Shown here: positions 18,447-27,671 of the stretch, in pieces | How the letters are laid out: every line of letters starts with the position of its first letter | Numbering within the stretch: the stretch's first letter is position 1 | Virus record (IMG/VR): IMGVR_UViG_3300049460_000134 | Span: 51,556-115,555 of that record | DNA from: a virus | DNA: 64,000 nucleotides | Direction: 5' to 3' (one strand) | Notes under the pieces: generated by a model | Told to the model about the DNA's origin: nothing | Database searches by the model: none | Seen by the model: only the letters and a program-made list of their open reading frames with translations | Made by a program: the position numbers and the translations under genes

Positions 18447-18770
18447 ATGCTGACCAACGCCGCAAAAACGATCAACAATGAGTTGCGCACAGGCAATGGG
18501 CAAAAAGAGTTCTCGGTTCAGCAGGGCGACTGCGGCATCGTCATCCGCAAGGATGGCACTGTGGATATCTTTCAGTATGGCATGGACGTCGAGACATTGG
18601 AGACGGTCGGTCAGTCAGATATGACTGACGAGCAGCGCCAGATTCTGAAAAATGGGGAGCTTTTGTTTGCGCTAGGTGTCGTAGCTCAGAACGAGGTTCT
18701 CAAGCAGGGCATTCTCGACGCGGCAAAGGTCGAAGGTCTCATTGGTTATGAGGCCGCCAATGCCAACTAG
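18447..18770 (+). CDS. Hypothetical protein
   Basis: GGAGAGG SD. Confidence 0.7.
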   Translation: MLTNAAKTINNELRTGNGQKEFSVQQGDCGIVIRKDGTVDIFQYGMDVETLETVGQSDMTDEQRQILKNGELLFALGVVAQNEVLKQGILDAAKVEGLIGYEAANAN

Positions 18771-19182
18771 GAAGATGATCTACAAGGCGCTCGAAGCGCT
18801 GCCCCACCAAGAGCGGGATGTCGAACGTATATTCGAGGTCATCCGTGATGTGATCGAGCGCTCTCCCGGCTCGGTCGAAGAGCTATTTCCAGGCATGGCG
18901 CTCGTTCCACGGCAGTTGTCGCGGAAGGAAATCTCGACCAAGGCAGCCAAGGCGTCTGTCGAACGGCGCCAGCGCCAGACCGACGAGCGATACAACGAGA
19001 TTGTGCCGCATCTGCGGCGCTGGCTCGAGGAGGATCCAGAGATCACGCTCTCGAAGATCCGCCAGAAACTGACCGACATGGGCTTGAAGCCACTCCGGTC
19101 TGACAAGTGGAACCGCGCTTCCATCCTCTTCATGCTGAAAAAGGCAGGACTACGAAACGACGATGAACAGAAAGAGACTTGA
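18760..19182 (+). CDS. Putative DNA-binding protein (recombinase-type C-terminal helix motif)
   Basis: ITLSKIRQKLTDMGLKPLRSDKWNRASI. Confidence 0.55.
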   Translation: MPTRKMIYKALEALPHQERDVERIFEVIRDVIERSPGSVEELFPGMALVPRQLSRKEISTKAAKASVERRQRQTDERYNEIVPHLRRWLEEDPEITLSKIRQKLTDMGLKPLRSDKWNRASILFMLKKAGLRNDDEQKET

Positions 19183-19396
19183 GTTCGCAGCCGAGAAGTT
19201 CCTGCTCTCTATGGGGCAGGAGTTTCTCAAGGCCAATCCAGACGCCACCTCCCCTATCAAGAAGCTCGCCGACTACTCTCCTGAGCAGCGCTCACTGCTG
19301 ATGAGGGCGGTCGGCCATACCATTAAGGCGTCGCTGCCAGCGGCCGACGGCGAGTTCCAGGCCTGGCTAGATCGCCAGCGCCAGGCCGCCGAGTAA
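19163..19396 (+). CDS. Hypothetical protein
   Basis: Operon packing. Confidence 0.6.
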   Translation: MNRKRLEFAAEKFLLSMGQEFLKANPDATSPIKKLADYSPEQRSLLMRAVGHTIKASLPAADGEFQAWLDRQRQAAE

Positions 19397-19478
19397 TCGT
19401 TTGCGGCAATGTGTCAGTAAAAATTGATTGACGATATCCGCACGACCGGCTAGGCGTGCGGTCAACCAGGAGAAACAA

Positions 19479-19694
19479 ATGTTCGCCATTTTGAAAGGTA
19501 TCGCCGAGCGGCAGAAGAAGGACGACGACAGGCAAGCCGTCTTGCGCTTCCGTTCCGGCGCCGTATCGCATGTCGAGGAGTGGATCGAGGTCCGCACCAA
19601 TCTTGTCAAAGTCGTTGTCAACTACAGCCAGAAGTCCACGGAAGTCTCGTTCCTGCCGGAAGCCGTCGAATCCGTCGAATACAGGTGGCGATAA
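19479..19694 (+). CDS. Hypothetical protein
   Basis: AGGAG SD, ATG at 19479. Confidence 0.65.
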   Translation: MFAILKGIAERQKKDDDRQAVLRFRSGAVSHVEEWIEVRTNLVKVVVNYSQKSTEVSFLPEAVESVEYRWR

Positions 19695-19939
19695 TGGCTC
19701 TACCGCTCGCGAACGCCAACCTCCCTATCTTGCCCCTCGATCGTGAGAGTGATTGGTCCAAGGGCATCAACTTCCTCACCGAGCATCGCTATGGCCTGAG
19801 CGTCATGAGGCCAAACATCTACGGCAGCGCCGGCGCCGACAGCTTCGAGATCCGCCAGGCCAAGAAGACCGCCGACAAACTGAGCGAGGAAGAGCTCGCT
19901 GAGCGTCGCAAAGATCAGCCGAACTTCGCCAAGTTCTAA
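19694..19939 (+). CDS. Hypothetical protein with C-terminal QPNFAKF (tag variant)
   Basis: TAATG coupling; C-terminal motif. Confidence 0.65.
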   Translation: MALPLANANLPILPLDRESDWSKGINFLTEHRYGLSVMRPNIYGSAGADSFEIRQAKKTADKLSEEELAERRKDQPNFAKF

Positions 19940-20016
19940 TACGCACTATCCGCGCGCTTCCCTGCGTGCGCTGTGCGATAAGTAATTATTGACTGACAAA
20001 TCAAGGAGATAGTCGA

Positions 20017-20604
20017 ATGCACTATAGCAGTGTCGGCATGATCGCGATCCAACAGGCCAAACTGTTTGCGATCGCCGCCCACGCAGCCGTCGGCCAGAAG
20101 CGCAAATACGGCGGTGAGGACTACATCACGCATCCGGTGCGCGTCGCTGAAATGGTCAAGCAGCTCCGTGGCCACACCTGGGAAATGGTGGCGGTAGCAC
20201 TCCTGCATGACGTCGTCGAAGACACCGCGATCGACCATGAGCTGATTGCCGACCTGTTCGGCACCACAGTCGGCGGCATGGTTCGCTCGTTGACGAACAT
20301 CGACAAGGCGGCCGGCAACAGCAAGCACCGGCTCGAGCTCGATATCCAGCGCCTGAAGATGGCGACGCCCGAGACGAAGACCATCAAGGTCGCGGACATC
20401 TACGACAACCTCTACAACCTGGTCGAGCTCGACTTCCGCCACGCACGCTACTTCGTGCCGAAGGTCAAGCGGATCATGCTTGAGGCTCTGCACGACTGCA
20501 GCGACGCCTGCCTCTGGGGTCTAACGATGATCCGCGTCAACGACATGGAAGCTCAGATCGCCAAGATCGAGGCGGGGCAGCAGGAGGCGAAACTTGCCAG
20601 CTAA
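20017..20604 (+). CDS. Small alarmone hydrolase-like HD protein (SpoT/Mesh1 HD)
   Basis: AH..GQKRK...YITHP, ALLHDVVEDT and IKVADIYDN motifs. Confidence 0.85.
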   Translation: MHYSSVGMIAIQQAKLFAIAAHAAVGQKRKYGGEDYITHPVRVAEMVKQLRGHTWEMVAVALLHDVVEDTAIDHELIADLFGTTVGGMVRSLTNIDKAAGNSKHRLELDIQRLKMATPETKTIKVADIYDNLYNLVELDFRHARYFVPKVKRIMLEALHDCSDACLWGLTMIRVNDMEAQIAKIEAGQQEAKLAS

Positions 20605-20803
20605 CATCCTGAAGACCATGCCGGTGATCACTCGTTGGACCCAATGCACGCTTTGCGACCATGTTCAGATGGACGTGATCGTATGCGTCGAGCCGACCGC
20701 CGTCGCCGAAATGGAATGCGGTCATACCTATGCGGACGGTCGCGAGATCTCTGCCAACCGCGCCTTTGACGCCGACGTGCGCCAGATCATCGAGCACGCA
20801 TGA
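20594..20803 (+). CDS. Small Cys/His-containing protein
   Basis: GGAGG SD, TTG start; CTLC...CGH. Confidence 0.55.
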   Translation: MPANILKTMPVITRWTQCTLCDHVQMDVIVCVEPTAVAEMECGHTYADGREISANRAFDADVRQIIEHA

Positions 20804-21030
20804 AGAAGCAGCGGAACAAGATGCGCGCAAACCAGAAGAAAGCGCGCGAGAAACAGACACAGCGAGTCACCAGCGCGCGCCGTGAGCTTCCGAGGTCTCA
20901 GAGTGCGTCGCGCGACCGGATGCTCGCTATGAACGCTGCTATGAGCGGTCACTCATTGGCTGCAGGCCTTGGCGCCGTCGCTCTCGCCCAGGCTATGTTC
21001 TGGGGAAAAAGGAAGGCCGATGTTTCTTAA
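20800..21030 (+). CDS. Hypothetical basic protein
   Basis: ATGA overlap. Confidence 0.55.
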   Translation: MKKQRNKMRANQKKAREKQTQRVTSARRELPRSQSASRDRMLAMNAAMSGHSLAAGLGAVALAQAMFWGKRKADVS

Positions 21031-21337
21031 GGTCGAGAAACCAAGCTCCACGCTCTACGCCGCGCACGAAGCGGAGAAGGAACGGATCATTGCCGCCGCG
21101 ATCTTCTTCGGCGGCATTGTCTCGCTTCCACCGCCGGCCAGGCACCATACCATCATTCAGACGATGGATCGCGGCATGCACCTCGACGGCGCGGCTGTCT
21201 TGCCGCAGATGCAAGGCTTCATCACCAGCACAGGCCGCTACGTCAACCGCGTCGAGGCCTACTACCTCGCATATAGCGCCGGTCAGCTCATCAGCGAGAC
21301 CAAAGGACCGGAGCTCTACTCGGAGGATTTGTGGTGA
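21020..21337 (+). CDS. Conserved phage hypothetical protein
   Basis: PARHH, QGFITSTGRYVNR and LYSEDLW motifs. Confidence 0.75.
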   Translation: MFLKVEKPSSTLYAAHEAEKERIIAAAIFFGGIVSLPPPARHHTIIQTMDRGMHLDGAAVLPQMQGFITSTGRYVNRVEAYYLAYSAGQLISETKGPELYSEDLW

Positions 21338-21675
21338 TCCACACTGAAGTTCTGCGAAAGGGCGAGGCACGCTTCAACATGGTTGGTCAGAGGCTGCCGG
21401 ACAGCCTTCACGACACCGACCAGGAGATTTCCCCTGGTCTGGCCTATCGCCTCTATCGGTATTGCTACGTGCGCCTCACCGAGAATGGCTTCAATCTGGA
21501 GGGCTGGAAGGTCCACGTCTACACGATGGACGGCGATCTGCCACGCTCCGATCGGTATTACTGCGTCGAGTTCGTCCACCAGAAGGGCGGCATGATCGGC
21601 TTGCAAGGGATTCTAATCGGCAAGGGTGGCTGGCCTACCCTCGATCACGGCGTCAGCACAGGAGAAGGATATTGA
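21331..21675 (+). CDS. Hypothetical protein
   Basis: GGAGG SD. Confidence 0.65.
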   Translation: MVIHTEVLRKGEARFNMVGQRLPDSLHDTDQEISPGLAYRLYRYCYVRLTENGFNLEGWKVHVYTMDGDLPRSDRYYCVEFVHQKGGMIGLQGILIGKGGWPTLDHGVSTGEGY

Positions 21676-21956
21676 GCCTACCTGTTCTTCCGACCGGCTG
21701 GGAATGGATCGAGGGGATATCGACGAACGGCGACATCTACCTCGCCTTTAGAGGCAGGCCAGCGGTTGACTTGGAGGTAGGCATTTTCGTCTGCGGCCTT
21801 GGTATGAACCACTGGCGCGTCATCGAGCGCCCATCGCGCATCATTCTCGGCAAGAAACGCATGAAAGAGATCCGTAACGACATCCAGCTCGGCAAATACA
21901 CGATCGCCGACCTTGTGCCGGCGCCAGCAACGCAGAAGAATTGGGGAAGATTTTGA
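21672..21956 (+). CDS. Hypothetical protein with C-terminal KNWGRF tag
   Basis: TTG start at 21672 overlapping the upstream stop. Confidence 0.65.
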   Translation: MSLPVLPTGWEWIEGISTNGDIYLAFRGRPAVDLEVGIFVCGLGMNHWRVIERPSRIILGKKRMKEIRNDIQLGKYTIADLVPAPATQKNWGRF

Positions 21957-22300
21957 GCGACAACGAACACCTTTCCGAGCGCACCGACCGAATCCGCCAG
22001 CTCAACGACCAGCTCCGGCGCACAGGCAAGGGCGGTCAGATCGTCGCGACAGGCGCGCTCACTCAGGCCGATCCAGAGCTGATCTACCAGGCTTCCGTCC
22101 AGGTGCGCGACTATGCGGCTTTCGACACTGGCGATGATCCTTATGGCGAGCATGACTTCGGCTCGTTCGTGATCGGCGGTCAGAAATTCCATTGGAAGAT
22201 CGACTATTACGATCGGAGCATGGAGTTCGGCGCTGACGATCCGGCTGATTCCGCCAATTGCGTTCGCGTGCTCTCTATCTTCTACGCCGAGGACTACTGA
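21953..22300 (+). CDS. DUF3768-like protein
   Basis: IRQLNDQLR, DDPYGEHDFG and WKIDYYD motifs. Confidence 0.8.
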   Translation: MSDNEHLSERTDRIRQLNDQLRRTGKGGQIVATGALTQADPELIYQASVQVRDYAAFDTGDDPYGEHDFGSFVIGGQKFHWKIDYYDRSMEFGADDPADSANCVRVLSIFYAEDY

Positions 22301-22629
22301 TGAATCGGCACGACTCCCTTATCGCCTCGAGCCAGTGCGACAACATCATCGCCCTCCTCTTCTTCGAGGATACGGACGAGGTGATTAAGGTCGTCGAGCC
22401 GAGCTACCGGATCGACCTGATTGATCCGATTTCGAATGTGACGCACCGGTCGAAGCGCTTCAACGCCAAGGACGACACCGACGCCAAGCGAAAGTTCCGG
22501 ATAGTCTGCCAGCAGGCCGTCACGACAACCTTTCAGGAGGCAGTCGCTGAAATCGCGCCGGAGCCTGAGCCGCAAATCCAGGAACCAAGCGCTCCTGCCC
22601 CTAAGCCTGCCCAATGGGGACGCTTCTGA
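22300..22629 (+). CDS. Hypothetical protein with C-terminal AQWGRF tag
   Basis: TGATG coupling; Pro-rich linker before the tag. Confidence 0.7.
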   Translation: MNRHDSLIASSQCDNIIALLFFEDTDEVIKVVEPSYRIDLIDPISNVTHRSKRFNAKDDTDAKRKFRIVCQQAVTTTFQEAVAEIAPEPEPQIQEPSAPAPKPAQWGRF

Positions 22630-22955
22630 TGGCGATCCGCGTGGTCCAAGAGGTGACTGATAGAGGCTATCGCTTCACCTGGGAGGAAGAGACCAAGGAG
22701 ATCGAAACTGCCTCTCACGGTCGCGTGATCGTCGTTAAGGGCTGGCAAGCAGTTGTCGAGGCGCAGAAAGGCGACATTGTCAGCACGACTGATATCTTTC
22801 CCCTACCCGACAAGTTCACGGCGACCCAGGCTGAGTTTGTGAAGCTGACCAACACCTATCCTGCCTACAGATATGAGGCAGGGCAATTTCCGACGGTCAT
22901 CATCAAGAAGCCACCCAAGGACTACGAAAAACTCCCCAATTACGGCCGCTTTTAG
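22629..22955 (+). CDS. Hypothetical protein with C-terminal YEKLPNYGRF tag
   Basis: TGATG coupling. Confidence 0.7.
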   Translation: MAIRVVQEVTDRGYRFTWEEETKEIETASHGRVIVVKGWQAVVEAQKGDIVSTTDIFPLPDKFTATQAEFVKLTNTYPAYRYEAGQFPTVIIKKPPKDYEKLPNYGRF

Positions 22956-23017
22956 CCACGCGTAACCCAACGGGCGCTATGCGAAAACAATCATGTCAAC
23001 AGCAACAAAGAGGTTAC

Positions 23018-23239
23018 ATGAGCAATCGCATTAAGCTTCCGAAGCGCGTCAAGCAGGCACTCGAACAGGTCGGGAGCTACAGGCTCGAGCAGGGTGGGAA
23101 GCATGTTCGGATCTACGTTAACGAAGTGCTGGCAGGAATCGTGCCACATGGAGTGCGAGGCGACGGCGAGATCCCTGGACGCGCGATGCTGAACGTGGTC
23201 TCCCAGATTCGAAGAGCAGGAAGGGCGGTGACATGCTGA
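23018..23239 (+). CDS. HicA-like small protein
   Basis: LEQGGKHVRIY pattern of the HicA dsRBD fold. Confidence 0.45.
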   Translation: MSNRIKLPKRVKQALEQVGSYRLEQGGKHVRIYVNEVLAGIVPHGVRGDGEIPGRAMLNVVSQIRRAGRAVTC

Positions 23240-23496
23240 CAAGAATTGGCGTTTGGGTCTGGCGACTGATGAAGCTCGGCGTGGCTCTTGGCGCGATAGC
23301 TGCCGTAAGAGAGGTAGGCAACAATGCCGTCTATCACTTTTCGGGCCCCGAGAGTTCACCAAGCAATTGGGTGCTCGTGCGGCAGCTCGAAAGCGGCATT
23401 CAGGTGCTCGATACCTCAACCGGTCGGCTCTGCTTTATCCTGAATGACCCTAAACTGTTCGCGCCTGACTGCTCTCGGACGGCGGTGACGAAGTGA
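23233..23496 (+). CDS. Hypothetical membrane-anchored protein
   Basis: N-terminal hydrophobic helix; LDTSTGRLC. Confidence 0.55.
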   Translation: MLTRIGVWVWRLMKLGVALGAIAAVREVGNNAVYHFSGPESSPSNWVLVRQLESGIQVLDTSTGRLCFILNDPKLFAPDCSRTAVTK

Positions 23497-23750
23497 CCGA
23501 GACAGAAGACTTCAACGAGAAGGAGACGAAGCGGAAAGTGCTCGTGCGCAACGAGCAGCGGAAGCTTCGTGCCAGCTTTGGGAACACCATAGGCGGTGGC
23601 GTCGTTTCTGTCGGAACCGCCGGTCCTGTTGTAGCCTGGTTTGCAGGCACTATATCTCAGCTACCGGTCCTAGGAATCATGATTTGGTTCTGCATCGGCG
23701 TTGTGATACACAGTTTGGCAATGGACGTCTTAGAAGGGATGGAAATCTGA
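23493..23750 (+). CDS. Small two-TM membrane protein
   Basis: NEQRKLRA followed by two hydrophobic helices. Confidence 0.6.
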   Translation: MTETEDFNEKETKRKVLVRNEQRKLRASFGNTIGGGVVSVGTAGPVVAWFAGTISQLPVLGIMIWFCIGVVIHSLAMDVLEGMEI

Positions 23751-23893
23751 TGGACTTCAACCAGGCCTATACTACGACCGGCGTTGTCGTTCTCGCTGCG
23801 CTTTGCGGCGTGCTCTTCTATCGGAAGCTGGCGCGCGCGAACTGGAACGTGATGGAAGCGCTCAACAGCTTCATCCATATGACGCGCATCTGA
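23750..23893 (+). CDS. Small membrane protein
   Basis: TGATG coupling. Confidence 0.5.
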   Translation: MDFNQAYTTTGVVVLAALCGVLFYRKLARANWNVMEALNSFIHMTRI

Positions 23894-23900
23894 TTTTGCC

Positions 23901-23926
23901 AAGGGCGCTTGACGGCGCCCTTTTTC
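23901..23926 (+). terminator. Intrinsic terminator
   Basis: AAGGGCGC-TTGACG-GCGCCCTTTTT. Confidence 0.7.
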
Positions 23927-24069
23927 GGCTCTAGTTGTGTCAGTAAATCCTGACTGACTCCTGACATATCCACCCGAACTCCTGTCTCAGACATGCGATA
24001 ACAAATCATCGAAAGAGACGACGCATGTCCGCATGCGTCAGTAAACACTGACTGACAAGAGGATTTGGC

Positions 24070-24579
24070 ATGACTGAACACATCATAAACGAGCAGCGCA
24101 TCGACGTTCCGGATGACATGACGGTCGTCCTCGAGACAGGCTTCGCCGGAGCATTCGATCACATTCGCTACCGCGGCGTCGAGATCTGCACCTACGAGCA
24201 GGATGACGACCAGGCTTACACCAGCGGATTTGCTGTCTGCATCAATGGCGACCCCGAGCATGTGAATGAGCTCGCCGAAGCGCGCACCATGATCGACGCC
24301 TACCACGCGGAAATGCTCCTGGCGTTCACTTGCAAAGACTGCGCGGTCAACACCTCGGCGATCGGCGAATATTACATGGTGACTGACGACCTCTGGGCGA
24401 AAGCAGGCATGGCGCCTGACGGCGGCATGCTGTGCATCGGCTGCCTGGAGACGCGGATCGGCCGGCAGCTCATTGCAAAGGACTTTCCGGACTATCCGGT
24501 CAACGCGATCGGCTTCTCTTCCAAATCGGAACGCCTCATGTCGCGCATCACATGCGCCGAAGTCCTCGAGGCTGCGTGA
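24070..24579 (+). CDS. Hypothetical protein with CxxC...CxxC Zn domain
   Basis: CKDC...YMV..DLW...LCIGCLETRIGR. Confidence 0.75.
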   Translation: MTEHIINEQRIDVPDDMTVVLETGFAGAFDHIRYRGVEICTYEQDDDQAYTSGFAVCINGDPEHVNELAEARTMIDAYHAEMLLAFTCKDCAVNTSAIGEYYMVTDDLWAKAGMAPDGGMLCIGCLETRIGRQLIAKDFPDYPVNAIGFSSKSERLMSRITCAEVLEAA

Positions 24580-24806
24580 TGGTGCGTTGGTTCGGCTCGA
24601 GACCAACCAATCCAGCCTCCGAGGCTGATAAGATCGACGTTCTGCTGCTGGCTCGGCGGGACGAAGGCGTGAAGATCGCCGCAAACAATCATGGCGTGGT
24701 CGAGCTGCTGTTTCAGCTCGGCATGCTCAAGCACAAAGGTAAACAGACGGTTCGTGCCACAAAGGCAGGCCGCGCATACTTGGAGAGATTCGAATGGGCG
24801 CGCTAG
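24576..24806 (+). CDS. Hypothetical protein (winged-helix-like C-terminus)
   Basis: Overlap with upstream stop; ATKAGRAYL. Confidence 0.5.
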   Translation: MMVRWFGSRPTNPASEADKIDVLLLARRDEGVKIAANNHGVVELLFQLGMLKHKGKQTVRATKAGRAYLERFEWAR

Positions 24807-25372
24807 GTCGCATCAGCAAGAAAATGCATAAGCACACCGCCAAGATCGACTCGCTACGGATGGGCTCGACTCCGAAAGATCCGCCACGGCGCAAGGAGCT
24901 GTTCATGCCGGCTGGATACCAGCCTGGCGAGCTGAACATCGTGCCGACGCCAGGCATGAGAAGCAACCGCATGTCGATGTCTGTTGGCGATCATGCGCGT
25001 CATGGGAGCCAGATCGTGCTCGTTGACATGGAGATCGCCAGGCATGACCTAGACGAGCGCATGGCCGGCTACGACGCCGAGATCATCTACGTCGATGAGC
25101 TGGAACAGGTCGTGCCACCACACGGACAGAAATATCCGAAACATGCCCTGGCGCGCAAAGGCTCGATCTTCCAAGGCATCTGCAATCGCACGGCATGCGA
25201 CAACGTCGACGCGCGCTTCTACAACAAGGGCACGTTTGGCTACTATTGCACGTCATGCGGCTGGGCAATCAACGGGCGCAAGACCGGCGACGAGCGGCTC
25301 TGCATCGAGGTCGATCACAACCTCACCCATGACGAAATGAACCAGCTCTACAGAGGACACACGTTCGCATGA
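24794..25372 (+). CDS. Hypothetical protein with C-terminal Cys cluster
   Basis: CNRTAC...YYCTSC. Confidence 0.65.
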   Translation: MGALGRISKKMHKHTAKIDSLRMGSTPKDPPRRKELFMPAGYQPGELNIVPTPGMRSNRMSMSVGDHARHGSQIVLVDMEIARHDLDERMAGYDAEIIYVDELEQVVPPHGQKYPKHALARKGSIFQGICNRTACDNVDARFYNKGTFGYYCTSCGWAINGRKTGDERLCIEVDHNLTHDEMNQLYRGHTFA

Positions 25373-25569
25373 GAGAGCACGCCGACGGCACACGCATTCG
25401 CCTGATTGAAATGACGGACCCTTATCCGGCCCCGGTCGGCACAGAAGGCACGATCACCGGCTACGAGCCGAGCATCGGCTATCTGAACGAGGCCTACCAC
25501 GTCAATTGGGACAACGGCAGCAGACTCAAGGTGCTGGTCGATGTCGATCACTGGGAGGTCATCGAATGA
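25369..25569 (+). CDS. DUF4314-like protein
   Basis: GTRIRLIEMTDPY..PVGTEG...VNWDNGS. Confidence 0.75.
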   Translation: MREHADGTRIRLIEMTDPYPAPVGTEGTITGYEPSIGYLNEAYHVNWDNGSRLKVLVDVDHWEVIE

Positions 25570-25952
25570 CGGTTAGCGATCAGCTCATCAAGGATCTCAC
25601 GTTCTCGCTGGCATGCGGCCATGACGAAGGCTACATCAGAAATCAGGCCTGGAGCCTTCACTGGCGACTTAAGGTGCGTCGCATCGAGGACAAGGCGCGC
25701 GATAACGTCTTCTCGATCGCTACCATCGCTCTCCGCGAGAACCTGTGCGGCCGCGGACACTTCACGGCGCTGATCCGGCACCTGGTCGAGCATCCAACGA
25801 TCGCCGGCCGGTCCCTGGACTGGCTTTACATCGAGCAGTGCCGCTTCAGGCTCGGTGAGCATTTGCGCCGCGAGCTCGGCTTCAAAATCGACGACGGCAT
25901 GGTCATAGACGCCTGGCGCCGCACGACCTCGCAGATGGAGCTCGGCCTATGA
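25566..25952 (+). CDS. GNAT-like small protein
   Basis: IATIALRENLCGRGHF resembles GNAT motif A. Confidence 0.5.
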   Translation: MTVSDQLIKDLTFSLACGHDEGYIRNQAWSLHWRLKVRRIEDKARDNVFSIATIALRENLCGRGHFTALIRHLVEHPTIAGRSLDWLYIEQCRFRLGEHLRRELGFKIDDGMVIDAWRRTTSQMELGL

Positions 25953-26302
25953 GCGCAATAGCGGCGCCACCACGCGATCCAGATGGCCTCTGGCATGAGG
26001 TCGCAACCAAGTTCAACGGCAAGCATTGGTATGTCCTGCTCGAAGGCAGAGGCCGCAATCGAAACCTGGCTTCGATCAACCGCCACATCGAAGGCGAGTG
26101 GGAAATGTTCGAACACGGCGCCTATGCCGATATCGAAGTGGTTTGGCTCAGCCTGAAGGACGTCAACGCGCCGGTCGTGGTTGCGGCGAAGCCGGAGATC
26201 GAATGGGAAGAGGCTGGCGATTTGCTGGATGAGGCTGAGATCATTCCAGCCGAGCCGCCGGTCGATCCATACGCCGCCCTGCCGAACTACGGGAGATTCT
26301 GA
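25949..26302 (+). CDS. Hypothetical protein with C-terminal YAALPNYGRF tag
   Basis: ATGA coupling. Confidence 0.75.
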   Translation: MSAIAAPPRDPDGLWHEVATKFNGKHWYVLLEGRGRNRNLASINRHIEGEWEMFEHGAYADIEVVWLSLKDVNAPVVVAAKPEIEWEEAGDLLDEAEIIPAEPPVDPYAALPNYGRF

Positions 26303-26520
26303 TGGGTGAGGACGACTATGATCTGCTCGATCGCGGCTGCACCTGTCACACAAGTCATCCACCCTGCAGCTTTTGCACGGAGCTCGGCGAGGATGAGATC
26401 GAGGTTTATCATGACGGCGGCGCCGAGGCTGTGCGCGATCGGCGTATCGCTCTGGAGAATGGCGAGACCTGGCCGCCACCGTCGCCATACGCCGACAATC
26501 CGGATTATGGGAGGTTCTGA
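26302..26520 (+). CDS. Cys/His-rich small protein with C-terminal YADNPDYGRF tag
   Basis: CTCH..PPCSFC. Confidence 0.75.
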   Translation: MGEDDYDLLDRGCTCHTSHPPCSFCTELGEDEIEVYHDGGAEAVRDRRIALENGETWPPPSPYADNPDYGRF

Positions 26521-26828
26521 TGATTGAATCCGGTGTTGGTCCAGAGTCCTGGCGCAAGATCTATCCGTCGTCTGAGTGGGAGACCTACAGGCGGCATCAG
26601 TTTCCAGCCGGCGACCGGCTCGTCATGGTCCGGCACAAGGAGAGCATGCGCGCCGCGGTGCTGTCGTTCTTTCACAAGGAAGGCGATCTGCATTGGATTG
26701 TCCATTGGGACGGTCACTCGATGGGCACGCTGACCTGCTTTGAACAGATGGTCGCGCGTGGTGTCACCGCCATGGACTCTGCGCCTGCCGCCGAATACGC
26801 GGAACTGCCTAATTTCGGCAGGTTCTAG
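26520..26828 (+). CDS. Hypothetical protein with C-terminal YAELPNFGRF tag
   Basis: TGATG coupling. Confidence 0.75.
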   Translation: MIESGVGPESWRKIYPSSEWETYRRHQFPAGDRLVMVRHKESMRAAVLSFFHKEGDLHWIVHWDGHSMGTLTCFEQMVARGVTAMDSAPAAEYAELPNFGRF

Positions 26829-26932
26829 GTATCTATTAAGCCAACAATTCCAGCAGCTTAGCCGACTCTATCCAGTCGGACGCCTTTGTGCGTCGCGCTA
26901 AGATGCATCATCAACAACGAAAGCGACACGAC

Positions 26933-27226
26933 ATGAAGAAGACGCTTTCCACCCTCTTAAAGCACTGCGCATCGCTCGGCATGACGTTCGTCTGCTACTA
27001 CGACGACTTCAGCGATCCAGACTACAGGGGCACGAGCCAGCCCGCCGCCAAGGAGGCGCTTGAGGCTTGCGACGTCATGAACCTCGTTGTCCTCGACAGC
27101 GAAGGCAAGCGTTGGGGCTGGGCGCTCATCGTCAATGAACACGGCCAGAATCCAGAAGAGCAGGTCGCCGACTACACGGCGAGGGATCCAATCAATTTTT
27201 GGTTCAATCCGGAGGAGGCGGCATGA
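26933..27226 (+). CDS. Hypothetical early protein
   Basis: ATG at 26933 after a promoter motif. Confidence 0.65.
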   Translation: MKKTLSTLLKHCASLGMTFVCYYDDFSDPDYRGTSQPAAKEALEACDVMNLVVLDSEGKRWGWALIVNEHGQNPEEQVADYTARDPINFWFNPEEAA

Positions 27227-27420
27227 GCACGGTCAAGATCCGGTTTACCAATATCGATGCGAGACCCAAGGAGGTTTCGTTCGACATTTCCAAGGATGGT
27301 GTCAAAGACGTGATGGCCTGGTATGGCGGCTATCACTCCGGCGATCGCTATTCCGTCCACATCGACGGCGCGAAGGTTAAGAAGGATCTGAACGGCGAGC
27401 TGGTCGGAGAGCTGGCATGA
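27223..27420 (+). CDS. Hypothetical protein
   Basis: GGAGG SD, ATGA overlap. Confidence 0.65.
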   Translation: MSTVKIRFTNIDARPKEVSFDISKDGVKDVMAWYGGYHSGDRYSVHIDGAKVKKDLNGELVGELA

Positions 27421-27671
27421 GCGCTGAAGCAACCGAGATCCAGGTGTTCGGCATGACCACCAACGGAAAGACAGGGGACAGCCGCATCGCTCAGCGCGGC
27501 GAGGTTGTCGAATACTATGACATTCTCGTGCGCGGCGATCCCGATGAGGAGACCGGCGAAATTCCGGAGATCGAGGAGTTCGAGGATCTGACCTATCTGC
27601 AGATGGTCGAGAAGGTCGCGGAGCTGGAGCGGAAATACGATCTTTGCTCCGAAGAGGTATGGGGATTCTGA
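27417..27671 (+). CDS. Hypothetical acidic protein
   Basis: ATGA overlap. Confidence 0.65.
   Translation: MSAEATEIQVFGMTTNGKTGDSRIAQRGEVVEYYDILVRGDPDEETGEIPEIEEFEDLTYLQMVEKVAELERKYDLCSEEVWGF

Noticed and set aside
18760-19182. Serine integrase
   Set aside because: Too short and lacks a catalytic domain
569-26520. GRF-stop endings as a by-product of a GGGAG Shine-Dalgarno overlapping the next gene
   Set aside because: Plausible for some copies, but the 22955 and 26828 copies use GGC codons at operon ends, and the upstream Y..LPN[YFW] residues are also shared
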